From: Eledone cirrhosa
Taxonomy: Eukaryota
Length of the DNA stretch: 64,000 nucleotides
Assembly: GCA_964016885.1 (NCBI GenBank)
Contig: OZ024741.1
Coordinates: forward strand, 349,618,001 to 349,682,000
Direction of reading: 5' to 3'
Positions 16,494-28,905 of this stretch are shown here, one piece after another (positions within the stretch are counted from its first letter, which is position 1; each line of letters opens with the position of its first letter). The position numbers and the translations under genes are program-made. The notes under the pieces were generated by a model. The model was not told where the DNA came from and did not search any database. It saw only the letters and a list, made by a program, of their open reading frames with translations.

Positions 16494-17379
16494 CTTTAGA
16501 CCTCGGCTAATTTATATAAACTTTCATAAATTTCATGTTTCTGTTGACCGATTCTATCGTATTCAATATTTGTTGGGGGGTACCTATAAATAGGTATTTA
16601 TTTGGCGGTTTCAAAATATAGAGTTCTTTAAAGATCAACCGTTAATATCAACCAAATACTGAATTTTTCAAACGTGTAGAGTTTTTCCCACTATTAATAT
16701 CCGCAATGTCGATAATGTTTACTGTGCTATCTCCGTTTCTAAAATTAGATATTCATTAAAGCCAGTAAATTTCAAATGTGGAATTACAGCAAGGTTAATT
16801 GGTAGAAGCTATTTGGCACCACGCAAAATACCTAATCAGAATATTTTGTCATTTCCAGTCTCTCGTACAAATCGTGCCTAGGTGGAGTATTTTGATTTTT
16901 ATATCTTCTGGATCAATACAAGAAATATCATAAATGATATAATGTGACATATTGTAATCGATTGAACTACTCGAAGAAATTAAATATATGTCATCCTTGG
17001 TGTTGTATCGCTGTAGTTCAACACGCAAAATTCGGCCCAAAAACGAGGCTCCACCAGCAAATCTGTTGTTCCAGGTTAGCCACACTTTGGGCAAGCTGAG
17101 GCACATACTACAATGCTAAATCGTATCATATGCAGTGTGACAGTTTGGACATGTTCTTCGCTTGACAACTGCGGCAGTGTAAATGGATGCTCCTGGTGTA
17201 TAGACACTGTGATACAGTCACGAATCTGTTTTGAAATCCGTTAATTTCATCTAAGCTTTTATAGTCTTTAGCATCATAAAACATGTTAGTTTTTCAGTTT
17301 GCAAACACGATGAGAAAGTGCTCAATACCATCGAATTACAGAGATTACTCGAGATTGCTACTCTGATCAGAGCGTAATT

Positions 17380-17411
<32 letters not shown>

Positions 17412-18694
17412 TGTATGGTGAGGAGGGTGACTTTGGACATCCTGCAGGACTTATAACAAAACCTGTCAAAGGGCAAAGGAGCTCTTAAGAGTCAATGGCC
17501 ATCCAAAATCACCGGGAGAGATGACCCCTTAGCCTTTGTCAAGGCAGAATTCTAGGAGAAGGAAAACTCTGATATAACACCTGCAACTCTGATGGTATCC
17601 AATGATGTTGACTTGGTCTTCGTTTTGGTTAATATCATCTTGGTTAAGAGAGTGGGACTGGCTTTGTGCAGTGCCATTGCTCACTATAAAAGCTTCACAG
17701 CACAGGCATTGCTTTGTATCTGGAGATCTCTCTGCACTTGTCATCACATGGTACCATGGGCCCAGCACTATGTGTCAGTAATTGTCACAAGTGTAGTGTT
17801 TGTACCAGAGTTTTCAAGTCGCTGGCTGGACTGAAAAGTCACACTCGTTTAGCGTATCGGTAAGGGTTCTCCTACATGGATATAAAGTAGCGGCCGTACT
17901 CGAAAACGAGTTGGCAGCCACCATGTATGTATGTGAATTTGAAATGTGAATTTGTGAATTTGACAAACAATTTCAATACTCTTAGCGGGAGTTTGCAGCC
18001 ATCATGTACGTATGTATGTATGAATGTATATGTGTATGTATGTGTGTATGTATGTATTATGTATGTGTGTATGTATGAATGTATGTATGTGTTTATGTAT
18101 GTATAGCCTCATGTTTGCGAATTATTTACTCTCATCAAAACTACTCGGCAAAAATATTTTTGCTGCAGTGCATCATTACGTTTTGAAATATCTGCATTCG
18201 TACACAGAACTATGGACATCAATATTAGCTATCAGATGTGGCTTTATAATATCTTTGTTGTCATTTCTAGTCAAACACTATCATCAACATCTGTAAATGG
18301 TTACTGATATGTCTCCTGTCATGTCCGATCATAGATATCAGATATCTAATGGGATTAGTGATATACTGTTGTCACGATCCATTACTAATATCGGTTACTC
18401 TAAATAATTAGATAACTCTGTTGTCGTATGTAAACATTGATACATAGGCTCTATAATATTGTTTGTGTGAGGGAGCTTGTATGTGAGAATGAGAGAATTT
18501 GTGTGTGTTTGTGATAGAGAGAGAGGTGGGGATAGACTATGAGAATGAGATAGACTGGGTGATTGTATGTTTGAAAGAGAGTCTGTTTTGTTTGAGTGAG
18601 AGGGGATGAGGGTGAAGCGGTGTGTGTGTAAATGTATGATGCCAATTATAATGAACAACATCACTAAAAGAGATCTCTGTTCTCATCTCTACAG

Positions 18695-18991
18695 GAGCAC
18701 ACCAAAACTGCGACATTGATTTCGACGGAAATGGAGGGGATATTGCTCATTCTTGGCACACGGGTAATATGCACTTTGATGACGACGAAAATTTCAAGGC
18801 GATCTATTCCCCATCTAACGAGGGAATCTACCTCTTGCGAGTGGCAGTGCATGAAATAGGCCATGTACTTGGCTTAAACCACACCGAAAAGGATTACTCT
18901 GTTATGTATGCAATTTACAATCAAGATAACAGCATAAACAGTGAATTCGAATTGGGATGGGATGATCGGAAAGATGTTCAGAAAATCTACG
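18695..18991 (+). CDS. MMP21: MMP21-like matrix metalloproteinase, catalytic-domain exon (upstream exons not found in window)
   Basis: ctctacag| acceptor and g|gtacgt donor, phase 1-1. Encodes AHQNCDIDFDGNGGDIAHSWHTGNMHFDDDE...LLRVAVHEIGHVLGLNH...SVM...FELGWDDRKDVQKIY, with the HExGHxxGxxH zinc motif and Met-turn; closely resembles MMP21 as I recall it. Confidence 0.93.
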
Positions 18992-19308
18992 GTACGTTGT
19001 TTATTTTTACTTTACTACATGGCTTTTGGGTTAGAGCGTTGTGTTCACAATCATGAGGTTGTGAGTTCAATTCCTGGATGGGTCGGCGCGTTGTATCCTC
19101 TATGCCAAGTACTCCAATTCACTTTATTTCATGACAAAATAAAAACTAAAGTGAATTCAACCTTTATTCAAATAATTGAACATTTACAAATTTACATATC
19201 AACTGCTCGTATTCTACTGTCACTTAAACACTTGCTTTTCCCGGGGGTGATAGAACCAGTGTATTTGTACTCCCTCAAGTGTTTTTTATTATTACCGTTG
19301 TTCTTAGA

Positions 19309-19540
19309 GTGGTGGTTTGGCAGAATCGGTAGAGCTTCGAGCAGCATGCTTCACAGCATGAAGTTACGGCCATTTACGTTCTGATTTCAAATCCCACCGA
19401 GGTTAACTTTGCCTTTCACCCTTACGGGGGTAGAGTACCAGTAACGAACCAAAATAAAGTACCAGTAACGTACTAGGGTCGATTTAATCGACTTTTCCTT
19501 CCCGAAATTGTTGGCCTTGTGCCAATGTAGAAACAATTAT
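19309..19540 (+). mobile_element. tRNA-derived SINE
   Basis: Same family. Confidence 0.83.
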
Positions 19541-19541
19541 T

Positions 19542-19620
19542 ATCTGCAGCGACTACGACCCTTTTCCGTCATAATCTACAGTGTAGATTATGACGGAAAA
19601 GGGTCGTAGTCGCTGTAGAT
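19542..19620. repeat. Near-perfect 39-bp-arm palindrome in an MMP21 intron
   Basis: atctgcagcgactacgacccttttccgtcataatctaca-g-tgtagattatgacggaaaagggtcgtagtcgctgtagat; one G-U pair. Confidence 0.9.
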
Positions 19621-20087
19621 TCTACACCATCCTTATCCAAACCATGGAATGTCTAAGTAATTTAATCTAAAACGGTATCCCGCTTAACGAATCGAAATCC
19701 CTGTAATCATTCATTAGCCACATCCAAACTCTTTTCCGATCTACGTGATACTATTAATATTTATTAAAGGCATAAAACATAACCTACTATTAAAAGATTT
19801 AATGCAAAAGTCAAATCTAGAAGACACGAAAAAGAAAACATACAATTAAAAGGCTTAATGTTACTTGCAGCATATGAGTTGTTAAATATGAGCTGTAAAC
19901 TCAAGCGCCTTATTTCATTTAATACGGTCGTATTTGGTATTACCAGCATGGCAGGTAGAGTAGATTTCCTTATTCAATTCCACATCATATAGGAAATACT
20001 AAGTAATACGAGTTAGTGGTAAAATGTTGTCTCGGGTATTTTTTATGTAATTTAATTATATTATTTTTACTTGATTCATCTTTGCAG

Positions 20088-20342
20088 GTGTCTGTACAGG
20101 TGTCTTCAACACAGTGTTCGATTGGGTTCGGAGACGACCCGATAATCGATTTATTTTCAATACCTACTTCTTTAGAGGCAACCGCTTTTGGATGTATGAG
20201 AATCATGCAAATCGAACACGATATGGAGATCCACTCGTTATTTCACAAGGATGGAAAGGTGTACCAAGCGATGTTAATGCTTATGTACACATTTGGTTTT
20301 ACAATCATCCTGGAATTGTGGATGTCACCTATTTTTTTAAAG
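20088..20342 (+). CDS. MMP21: MMP21-like exon, start of hemopexin domain
   Basis: tttgcag| acceptor, g|gtaagt donor, phase 1-1. VCTGVFNTVFDWVRR...NTYFFRGNRFWMYENHANRTRYGDPL..GWKGVPSDVNAYVHIW matches the MMP21-type NRTRYGDP and FVHIW motifs. Confidence 0.93.
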
Positions 20343-21639
20343 GTAAGTATTTACTTAATGTCAAATTTAAGTAAGTTTGAGATGGTCGCGTAAGGGTATC
20401 TTAGTCTAACCACGTAGTTATAAATAAATTAGCAAGTGGCGGAACATACATCTGTTCTGTTCCTTTTGTTGTTGCTCTTGTTATTGTTCAACCTCATTTC
20501 AATCTTTATCAATCTTATAAAGGCCTTTTGGTAGTGGCCATTTTTAAAACCATGTATCTAAAACTAAAGTAGTCCAATGTATCCTTCAAATTTTTTAAGA
20601 TAGTAAGGTTTGATTTGAGAGATTTGGTTATTATTTTTAGCAAGTCAAGTGGTCGTGTAGAGAAGAGTCCTTTGTTGTATAGAAAACGTAGATAACATTA
20701 AAAAGAAATGGCGCAAAAGGAATAGATGAGTGATAGAGATAACAACTACACGTAGAAGTAAAGCTTTAAGAATATACAATTGATTGCAGTGTCTTTCTGA
20801 CCGACAGCGCCATCGCTCTCTTCACGATATATAACAATTCTAAATAGGTCACTTTTTTGCTTTTGTTTCTTTTATTTTTCACTTTAGAAGTTAGAATCTC
20901 AATTCTAAAATGGAAGAAAGTGTGAATGTAAGTTACAACATGGAAATGTCTATGTACTCGTTCGATCATTTAGACATGCCGACCAAATACCCCTAAAATG
21001 CGCACTACCATTTAAAGAATGGAAGGTAATATTGGATTACATGTCTATATCTGAGAGATACTTGGGTTATTTTTTACCATATATGTGTTCCTCTGTCTTC
21101 TATATCGAGGGTGTTTCTAGGAGAAACAGAGGATTATAACCATCACGCTATCTTACAATAAAATCAACAATATTACGATTAGCAAAAACAACATTAACGA
21201 GGCAATGAAAGAAGTTATACCTGTTTGCACGATTAGTTAGAACTAGCTGCTGCAAAATTATCCCGCAAGTATCAGGCTACTAACTAGAAAAATGAAGGCT
21301 ATATTATGTAGTCCAACATTCTCTATGTTTGAACAAATGGTGGGATATGCTCGACTGGAATATATTTTATCAAATGTTTACTTTATCAGGGTTCACTTAC
21401 GACTCCATACCACCAACAACAAGTGGCACTGTATGGAGAGGTATGCAGACATTAGTTGTATTAGATCTGCCCTAGAAGATTTACACTGCTAATCCTTCCA
21501 TTCGAAAAATAATGGAACTCATTGTATGTACACAAATGTAAAGTAAATAGATCTCCGTCGGTTCTGACGATGAATATTTCAGTTGTTCACCTTCACTGCC
21601 CTCATATTAAATTATTGTGTACGTTAATGTGCATGCCGC

Positions 21640-21970
21640 AGAGATCAGGAAGGAACTTCAGACAGAGTCGTTACTTCTCCGAATCGAGAGATCACAGTCC
21701 CTATACTACGAACACCGATACTACGAACATGTGGTTAGAATGTCTAGGGGTAAAAACATTACATAAAAAGATTTTATGTGCAAAGCCATCCGACAGGAGA
21801 CCCGGGGGTAGAACCCGAGCAAAAACAAACATGAGCTCGGTTGGTCTCGCTTGGTGATATAATTGAAACCATTGGAGACAGTTGCTTCTGATACGACCTT
21901 TTACAAGGTGTGTCTGAGGACTTTGCCCCCACAACCCTCCCATAAAATAGTAGAAGAAGAAGAAGAAGAA
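21640..21970 (+). mobile_element. RTE LINE 3' remnant with (GAA)n tail
   Basis: RPGGRTR..LGWSRL..LETVASD remnant related to 57790-59250. Confidence 0.6.
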
Positions 21971-22067
21971 GTTTATCTAACGGCTTTCTAAATACTGAGA
22001 CCAACTTCATCGAATTTCCCTCTTACTAAAATGTGTGGCCTTGTGCCTATGCTAGAATTTGTGACTG

Positions 22068-22605
22068 TGGTGGATTGGTAGTATCGGTATGGCGTCGGAC
22101 AAAATGCTTTGTGGCATAGAGTTACGACCCCTTTCGTTCTGTATTCAAATCCCGCTGAGGTTAGCTTTGCCTTTCATCCTTACGGCGTGAATAAAATAAA
22201 GCACCTGTAATGCACTAGGGTCGATTCCCATCCCCCAAAAATTGTTGACCTTGTGTCTCAATCAAAAACCCTTATCACATTTTATGTGTGGCTGGTAACT
22301 GGTGTTATTTTTATAATGGTGGTAAATTTAATGAATCGTTAGCCCGATGGACAAAAAGTGTCGCACCATTTATTTGGCTCAGTACATTCTGAGTTCAAAT
22401 AACACCGAAGTCAATTTTGCCTTTTAATCGATTTTTTCCTCTCCCAAACTGCTGGCCTTATACCTAAATTAGAATCCATTTACGTTCTGAGTCCAAATCC
22501 TGCCGAGGTTAACTTTGCCTTTCATCCTTACAGGGTCGATAAAATGAAGTACCGGTAATGCACTGGGGTAATTGCTGGCCTTGTGCCAAAAGTAGAAACA
22601 ATTAT
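22068..22605 (+). mobile_element. SINE cluster
   Basis: Three full or partial copies of the same family. Confidence 0.8.
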
Positions 22606-22676
22606 TGCATTTTATCTACTTGTTTCAATATCACTCAATACTCTCGATTCTTTTGAATATTTTATATTCATTATAT

Positions 22677-23066
22677 CTTAAATCCAAGGTCTTGAAATCA
22701 CTCATGGAGGAGGAACTCCTCCCTATACTCCTTCCACCGACTTCTGTCACTTGCCAGTTTTGGTTATGAGGGTCCCAGGTGGTTGGTGAGGTTGTCTCGC
22801 CATCTTGTCCTTCGACATCCTTTTGATCTTGTCCATTTTCTTGGTGTCCACTCTGTCACTCTGATCGTCCATCTGTTGTAACTTTTGTGCAAGGACAATC
22901 ATCAAATCACCGAATTGCCGAGCTCGAGGAGGAGTTATCAAGGATCAATTTTGAAGATCACTTGGATCCGACAACAAACTGGACTCAGCGACATAATAAC
23001 AACCAAGACGGCCAAACACACAGATGGGCTGGCTACCTCTCGCGACTCAGTGACAACAGATGGACG
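22677..23066 (-). mobile_element. RTE-clade LINE 3' fragment with 5' inversion
   Basis: Minus part NRWTIRVTEWTPRKW...; plus part WIRQQTG..RWAGYLSRLSDNRWT; TSD attcattatat at 22666-22676 and 23067-23077. Confidence 0.8.
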
Positions 23067-23314
23067 ATTCATTATATATATTACATAAATTGTGTTTATA
23101 TGTACAAAATGGAATAAATAAAACCATTCAACAATAACAAAACACTCTATTATATTGAAAATAAGAAGTAGGACTTTTGGAGTATTTGCCTACAATAGAC
23201 AATCCTATTATTAGGAATGACACTTTCTCTTCGTTGGCTTACCGTTGCATACACTATCCTTCAAAATGATTATAAAGATTCGATTAATTAATTCAACAAT
23301 TCTGTCATTTTCAG

Positions 23315-23490
23315 GTGAATATTATTATATGTACGAAAGCATGAAGGAAAGAGTTCTTGATGGATGGCCAAAGAAAATCTCAGAAGGTTTTGGCCCTAAA
23401 CCAAATAGTACTGACCATATACCAAACAACTTGGACAGTGTCTTCTTTGACATGAGAGATAGCTTCATATATTTCTTTAAAGGAGACAAG
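23315..23490 (+). CDS. MMP21: MMP21-like hemopexin exon
   Basis: ttttcag| acceptor, aag|gtaaag donor, phase 1-0. EYYYMYESMKERVLDGWPKKISEGF...PNNLDSVFFDMRDSFIYFFKGDK. Confidence 0.92.
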
Positions 23491-23589
23491 GTAAAGATTT
23501 CAGTAAAATCACAACTAATATAATTACCACCACAAACAATAAAAACATCTTTAGAAGAACTAACATCACTGTAACTGCGATGACTGCTG

Positions 23590-23664
23590 CTGCTGCTACT
23601 ACTACTATTACTACTATTACTACTACTTCTGTTATTACTACTAAAACTAACACCACTACTAGTG

Positions 23665-23726
<62 letters not shown>

Positions 23727-24269
23727 GCTACTATTACTACTTCTGCTATTACTACTAATATAACTACTACTACTACGACTACTACTACTACGACTACTGC
23801 TACTATTACTACTCCTGCTATTACTACTAATACTAACACCACTACTAGTACTACTATTACTACTACTACTGCTGCTGCTGCTACTTCTACTACTACTACA
23901 ACAACTACTACTACTACTATTACTACTGCTATTACTACTAATACTAACACCACTACTAGTACTACTACTACAACTACTACTGCAGCTAAAACCTCTACTA
24001 CTATTAGTACTACTACTACTACTATACTACAACTTCTACGACTACTACAACTACTACTACTACTATTACTACTATTACTACACTACTACTACTACTACTA
24101 CAACTTCTACTACTATTACTACTACTACTATACTACTACTACTACACTACTACTATTACTACTACAACTACTACTACTGTTACTACTACTACAACTACAA
24201 CTTATACTACTATTACTACACTACTACTATTACTACACTACTACTATTACTACACTACTACTATTACTA

Positions 24270-24300
<31 letters not shown>
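23590..24300. repeat. (ACT)n microsatellite
   Basis: Direct inspection. Confidence 0.95.
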
Positions 24301-24301
<1 letters not shown>

Positions 24302-24504
24302 AAGCTTTCACTGCATCATGAATATCATAATTATCTTCATCCTTTTATCGTGTCATTACTATTATTGTCATTACTGTGTTCGCATGTAATTACATTTGAC
24401 ATCTTAATGATCGTTGTCATCCTTATCTACATCATCATCATCATCAACATTATCACCATCATTATAAAAAAAAAGCATTATCCTCCTCCTTTGCCTCATC
24501 ATAA

Positions 24505-24685
24505 TAATTGTTTCTACTTTTGGCACAAAGCCAGCAAATACCCAGTACATTACTGGTACTTTATTTTATCGACCCCGTAAGGATGAAAGGCAAAATTAAC
24601 CTAGGCGGGATTTGAACTCAGAATGGCAAGAGCCGTAACTCTATGCATCAAAGCATGGCGTCCAACCCTCTACCGATACTGCCCT
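24505..24685 (-). mobile_element. tRNA-derived SINE
   Basis: Same family, reverse orientation. Confidence 0.85.
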
Positions 24686-24734
24686 ATAATAATAGTGATT
24701 AGATGCCCAGACACTTTCTCTTTCATTAGCATTT

Positions 24735-25003
24735 CTTCTTTTTCTTTTTCTTTTTCTTTTTCTTTTTCTTTTTCTTTTTCTTTTTCTCCTATTCTTCTTT
24801 CTTTTCTTTTTCTTTTTCTTCATCTTCTTTCTCTTCTTTTTCTTCTTCTAATTAGTATTTTTCTTCTTCTTTTTCTTCTTTTTCTTCTTTTTCTTCTTTT
24901 TCTTCTTTTTCTTCTTTTTCTTCTTTTTCTTCTTTTTCTTCTTTTTCTTCTTTTTCCTTTTCTTCTTTTTCTTTCTCTTTTTCTTCTTCTTCTTCTGCTT
25001 CTT
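24735..25003. repeat. (TCTTTT)n/(TTCTTCTTT)n polypyrimidine repeat
   Basis: Direct inspection. Confidence 0.95.
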
Positions 25004-25004
25004 T

Positions 25005-25525
25005 AAAATTCTGCCGAGGTTAACTTTGCTTTTCATCTTTACGGGGTTGATAAAATAAAGTACCAGTAATGTACTGGGATATTTGCTGGCCTTGTGCCAA
25101 AAGTAGTAACAATTATTATTAGGGGTGGTGGATTGATAGAATCGGTAGAGCGCCAGATACCATGCTTTGTAACATAGAGTTATGGTCCTTTGCGTTCTGA
25201 GTTCAAATTCTGCCGAGGTTAGCTATGCCTTTCATCCTTACGGGGTCGATAAATTAAAGTACCAGTAATGTACTGGGGTCGATCTAATCGACTTTTCCCT
25301 CCCCTTCAAATTGCTGGCCTTGTGCCTAAAGTAGAAACAATTATAGAGGGCTATGGATTGGTAGTATCATCAGAGGGTCGGACAATATGCTTCGCGGTAT
25401 AGATTTATGGCCCTTTAGTTCAAATTATGCCGGGGATAGCTTTGCCTTTCATCCTTATGGGGTCGATAGAATAACGTACCAGTAATGTACTGGGTTGATT
25501 TGGTCGACTTTCCCCTCCCCCAAAA
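25005..25525 (+). mobile_element. SINE cluster
   Basis: Three head-to-tail full or partial copies. Confidence 0.83.
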
Positions 25526-25618
25526 TTTAAGACAATTTTCCTACTATATCAAATGTTAAACTAATATATTTCTTCATTGTACTGTGTTGTTTGCTTTCTT
25601 CTTTCTGTTTACTGTTCG

Positions 25619-25661
<43 letters not shown>

Positions 25662-26619
25662 ATGTATATATGTATACAAACGTGCTTTTGTGTGTATGTG
25701 TGTAGTTTGTCTGTATAGGATAAATGTAATCACTTATCAGCGTATACAAATGCATTGCCCCCTAAATACGCGTATGATTTGTATCTACATCTGTATGTGT
25801 GTATAGAGGAATATTTTTTTAGATTATGTAAAATTCAGGTTATTTTCATTGTTGTTATTCGTTTTTAACCACCATTTACCACTGGGGAGGTTGTGTAACA
25901 AATTCAATAGACGCCGTTACTACAGTAAATAGCATATCATATTCAAGGCATTCTCTGAGTGTGTAGACTATTCTCTCAGGACGTTCATTTGAAATTTCTA
26001 AATAGTTGTTGCTTTAGACCATTGTGTTAAAAATAGTGTCAATCTCGGCCCCCTCTCCGACGACCTTTAATATAGTGCCCTTAACTACGTCTTCATCTAA
26101 CATCTAACATTACAATTCGACAAGGATCCTTGATAAATCTAACCACAACATAAATAGACAGAAAGTATTCTGTAATTTTGATAAAGATAAATAGAAAATT
26201 CGGCTAATTTTTTATGTTTGAAGAATGTCGACTTTAGTTCATATTTATCCGAGTGGAACAATGGTAGATGTATTTAGATTATATTAGCTGCAGTTTACTG
26301 ACAAATATGGAGAAAAGAGAGAAAGGGTTCAATTTTTGTAAATGTAAGTTTAGTCGATGTTAGGATAGCTTTAGAAAGCAAACAAGAATAAATGTCTGTT
26401 GGTGTTGCCAGAAAATCGTATTCAGCAATAACAGAAAATGTAAACTTCAATTAAATGTAGTGCAGATGAGATGTAAGCGGTGATTTGGTGAGTCGTTAGA
26501 ACGTTGGATAGAATGCTTTCGTCCCAGCTCTCTGTTCTCTCAGTTCCAATCCTGCTGACGTTAACTTTGCCTTTGATCCTTTCGAAGTTAGAAAACAAAA
26601 GAAATAATGGATTCTCATT

Positions 26620-26823
26620 TAAAACACACGGTCAACAATTTTGGTGGAAGAGGAAAATCGTTTAAATCGACCCCGTCCGTTACTGATGTTTATTTATCGA
26701 CCCCGTAAGGATGAAAGGTAAAGCTAACCTCGGCGGGATTTGAACTCAGAACGTAAATGGACGTAACGAAATGCCACAAAGTACGTGGTCCGACGCTCTA
26801 CCGATACTGCCAATCCACCACCC

Positions 26824-26824
<1 letters not shown>
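26620..26824 (-). mobile_element. tRNA-derived SINE
   Basis: Same family. Confidence 0.8.
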
Positions 26825-26859
<35 letters not shown>

Positions 26860-28905
26860 TAATAATACACAAGCAAAATAAACGAAACTCATACAAATAT
26901 GAAAACAAAAATACAAAAAAGATAGAAAACAAAAGAAAAGACCTCTCAATCTTAAATGAAATAGGAAAAACATCAACAACACTGGGGATAGGAAAAAAAT
27001 AAAAATACTAAAGAAATATAATATAACAGAAAAATAAATCCTGGAGACTAGGGAATGCCTAAAACAACAAATACTTGCAAAGGCACAAAGAATCCGGAGA
27101 TATGAAAAAAGTTTTTTTAGCAAAACCAACTATTTCACTCCAATCCCAAACGACTCTACCAGGAACTTAATGGGAGAAAAATGGAAGTTAATGTAGCCCC
27201 AAAATTAAAAGAAGAGGAAGAGTTCTGGAGAACATCATGGGCAGAAGAAGGGAAATTACCATGTACAAAACTAGCAAGGACGACGAACACAGCACCTGAA
27301 CAATTGTGGGAAGACATCACAAAAGATGATGTGTCTAGCACAATAAAAAGAACAGTTAACTGGAAGGCCCCAGACATGAGATCCCCAACTAAAATACTTA
27401 ACAGCGACACATGGAGCTCTTGCAAAAAGTTTTACTGAGATGTTGACAGATCCAGAAAATACACCTGACTGGCTCATGAAAGGGAAAACTATCATGAAGC
27501 CCAAGAATACTGAGACAGCAAACCCCCAAAACTACAGACCCATAACATGCCTACCTACAATATATAAAACCCTAACTGCAATAATATCGCAGAAGCTCAC
27601 TACATGCATGGAAAAATAACCACCTGTTTCCAGAAGAACAAAAAGGCTGCTACAAAGACCCATGTGGCTGTAAATACCAGTTACTAATAAATAAAGCCTT
27701 AACCGACAACTGCAAGCCTGCAAAATAAAATCTTAGCATGAAATGGATCAACAACCAAAAGGCGTTTGTTAGTGTTCCCCATATGTGGATACTAAACACG
27801 CTAGCCATGAATAAAGCAGCACCAACAATAAGAACATTTATTGAGCATACCATGAGTAAGTGGCAAAGAGTTTTGGAAATAGAAACGAAAGGTGAAACTA
27901 TAAAAACTGAGCCGATCCCAATCAACAGAGGGATATTTAATGTGGACTCCCTATCACTACTGCTCTTCTGCTTAGCACTAACACCATTAACTGAAACACT
28001 AAACCGAACTGGACTAGGGTATAAATGCTACAAGAAAATTAATCATCTCATATATATGCATGATCTAAAACTGTATGCTGCAAACAAAAGACAATTCAAA
28101 AGACTGCTACGCACTGTACAAAAGACATAGGCATGAAATTTGGACTAGAAGAATGCGCCAAGGCAACTCTGAAGAGAGGAAACTAATGAAAAACTTTAAT
28201 ATTATGCTAGATAAAAAAGCAGAGATAAGAGAATTAGATGAAACACAGACATACAAATACTTCGGAATACCGAATTACTTAGGATTCAACATACACTGAT
28301 GAAAGAAAAAATTAGAAAGGAATACTACAGACGGGTTAGATTATTACTTAAAACTGAATTAAATGCAAAGAATAAGGTAATTAGCATCAATGTCCTAGCA
28401 CTCCTAGTAGTGAGCTACCGTTTTGATATTCTAAATTGGACACTAAAAGAACTAGCGGGAATAAACAGAAAAAAAAACAAGAAAAATAATGACTGCATTT
28501 AGAACAGACCATCCCAAATCAGATGTAGAGAGATTATACCTGCCACGAACACATGCAAGCTTAAAAACAGTTATAAGATAATTACTGTAGGACTACAAAA
28601 TTATCTAATGAAGAACAAAGAAAAGATAACAGAAATAGCTACAAAACATGAACGAAATAAAAAAGATTATACATAGTCCTCGAGGAGGCTAATACATTCA
28701 AAGCAGAAATTAGATTAACAGATAGCTGTGAGGAAGATGAAATTAAACAAGACAACAGAAATTATGAAAAATGTTAAATCTAAACTGAAATCAAACCTTC
28801 AGAATGTCATGCTGGAACGATGGCAAGAAAAACACTTACATGGCCAATACCTGAAAAATCTGAATAGAGAGGTAGACAAACAAAATGCACAGAACTGGAC
28901 CCGAA
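26860..28905 (+). mobile_element. Decayed R4/Dong-clade non-LTR retrotransposon
   Basis: NYRPITCLPTIYK, EEQKG, KAFVSVPH, RGIF..DSLS, INHLIYMHDLKLYA across stops and frameshifts; begins at a (TAA)n tract. Confidence 0.8.

Noticed and set aside
21560-21590. ctgacga followed by a small hairpin
   Set aside because: No GAAA or stem III; chance match.
23477-25036. Poly-Thr/Val/Lys ORFs resembling mucins
   Set aside because: Intronic (ACT)n and (CTT)n repeats; the exon ends at the 23490 donor.
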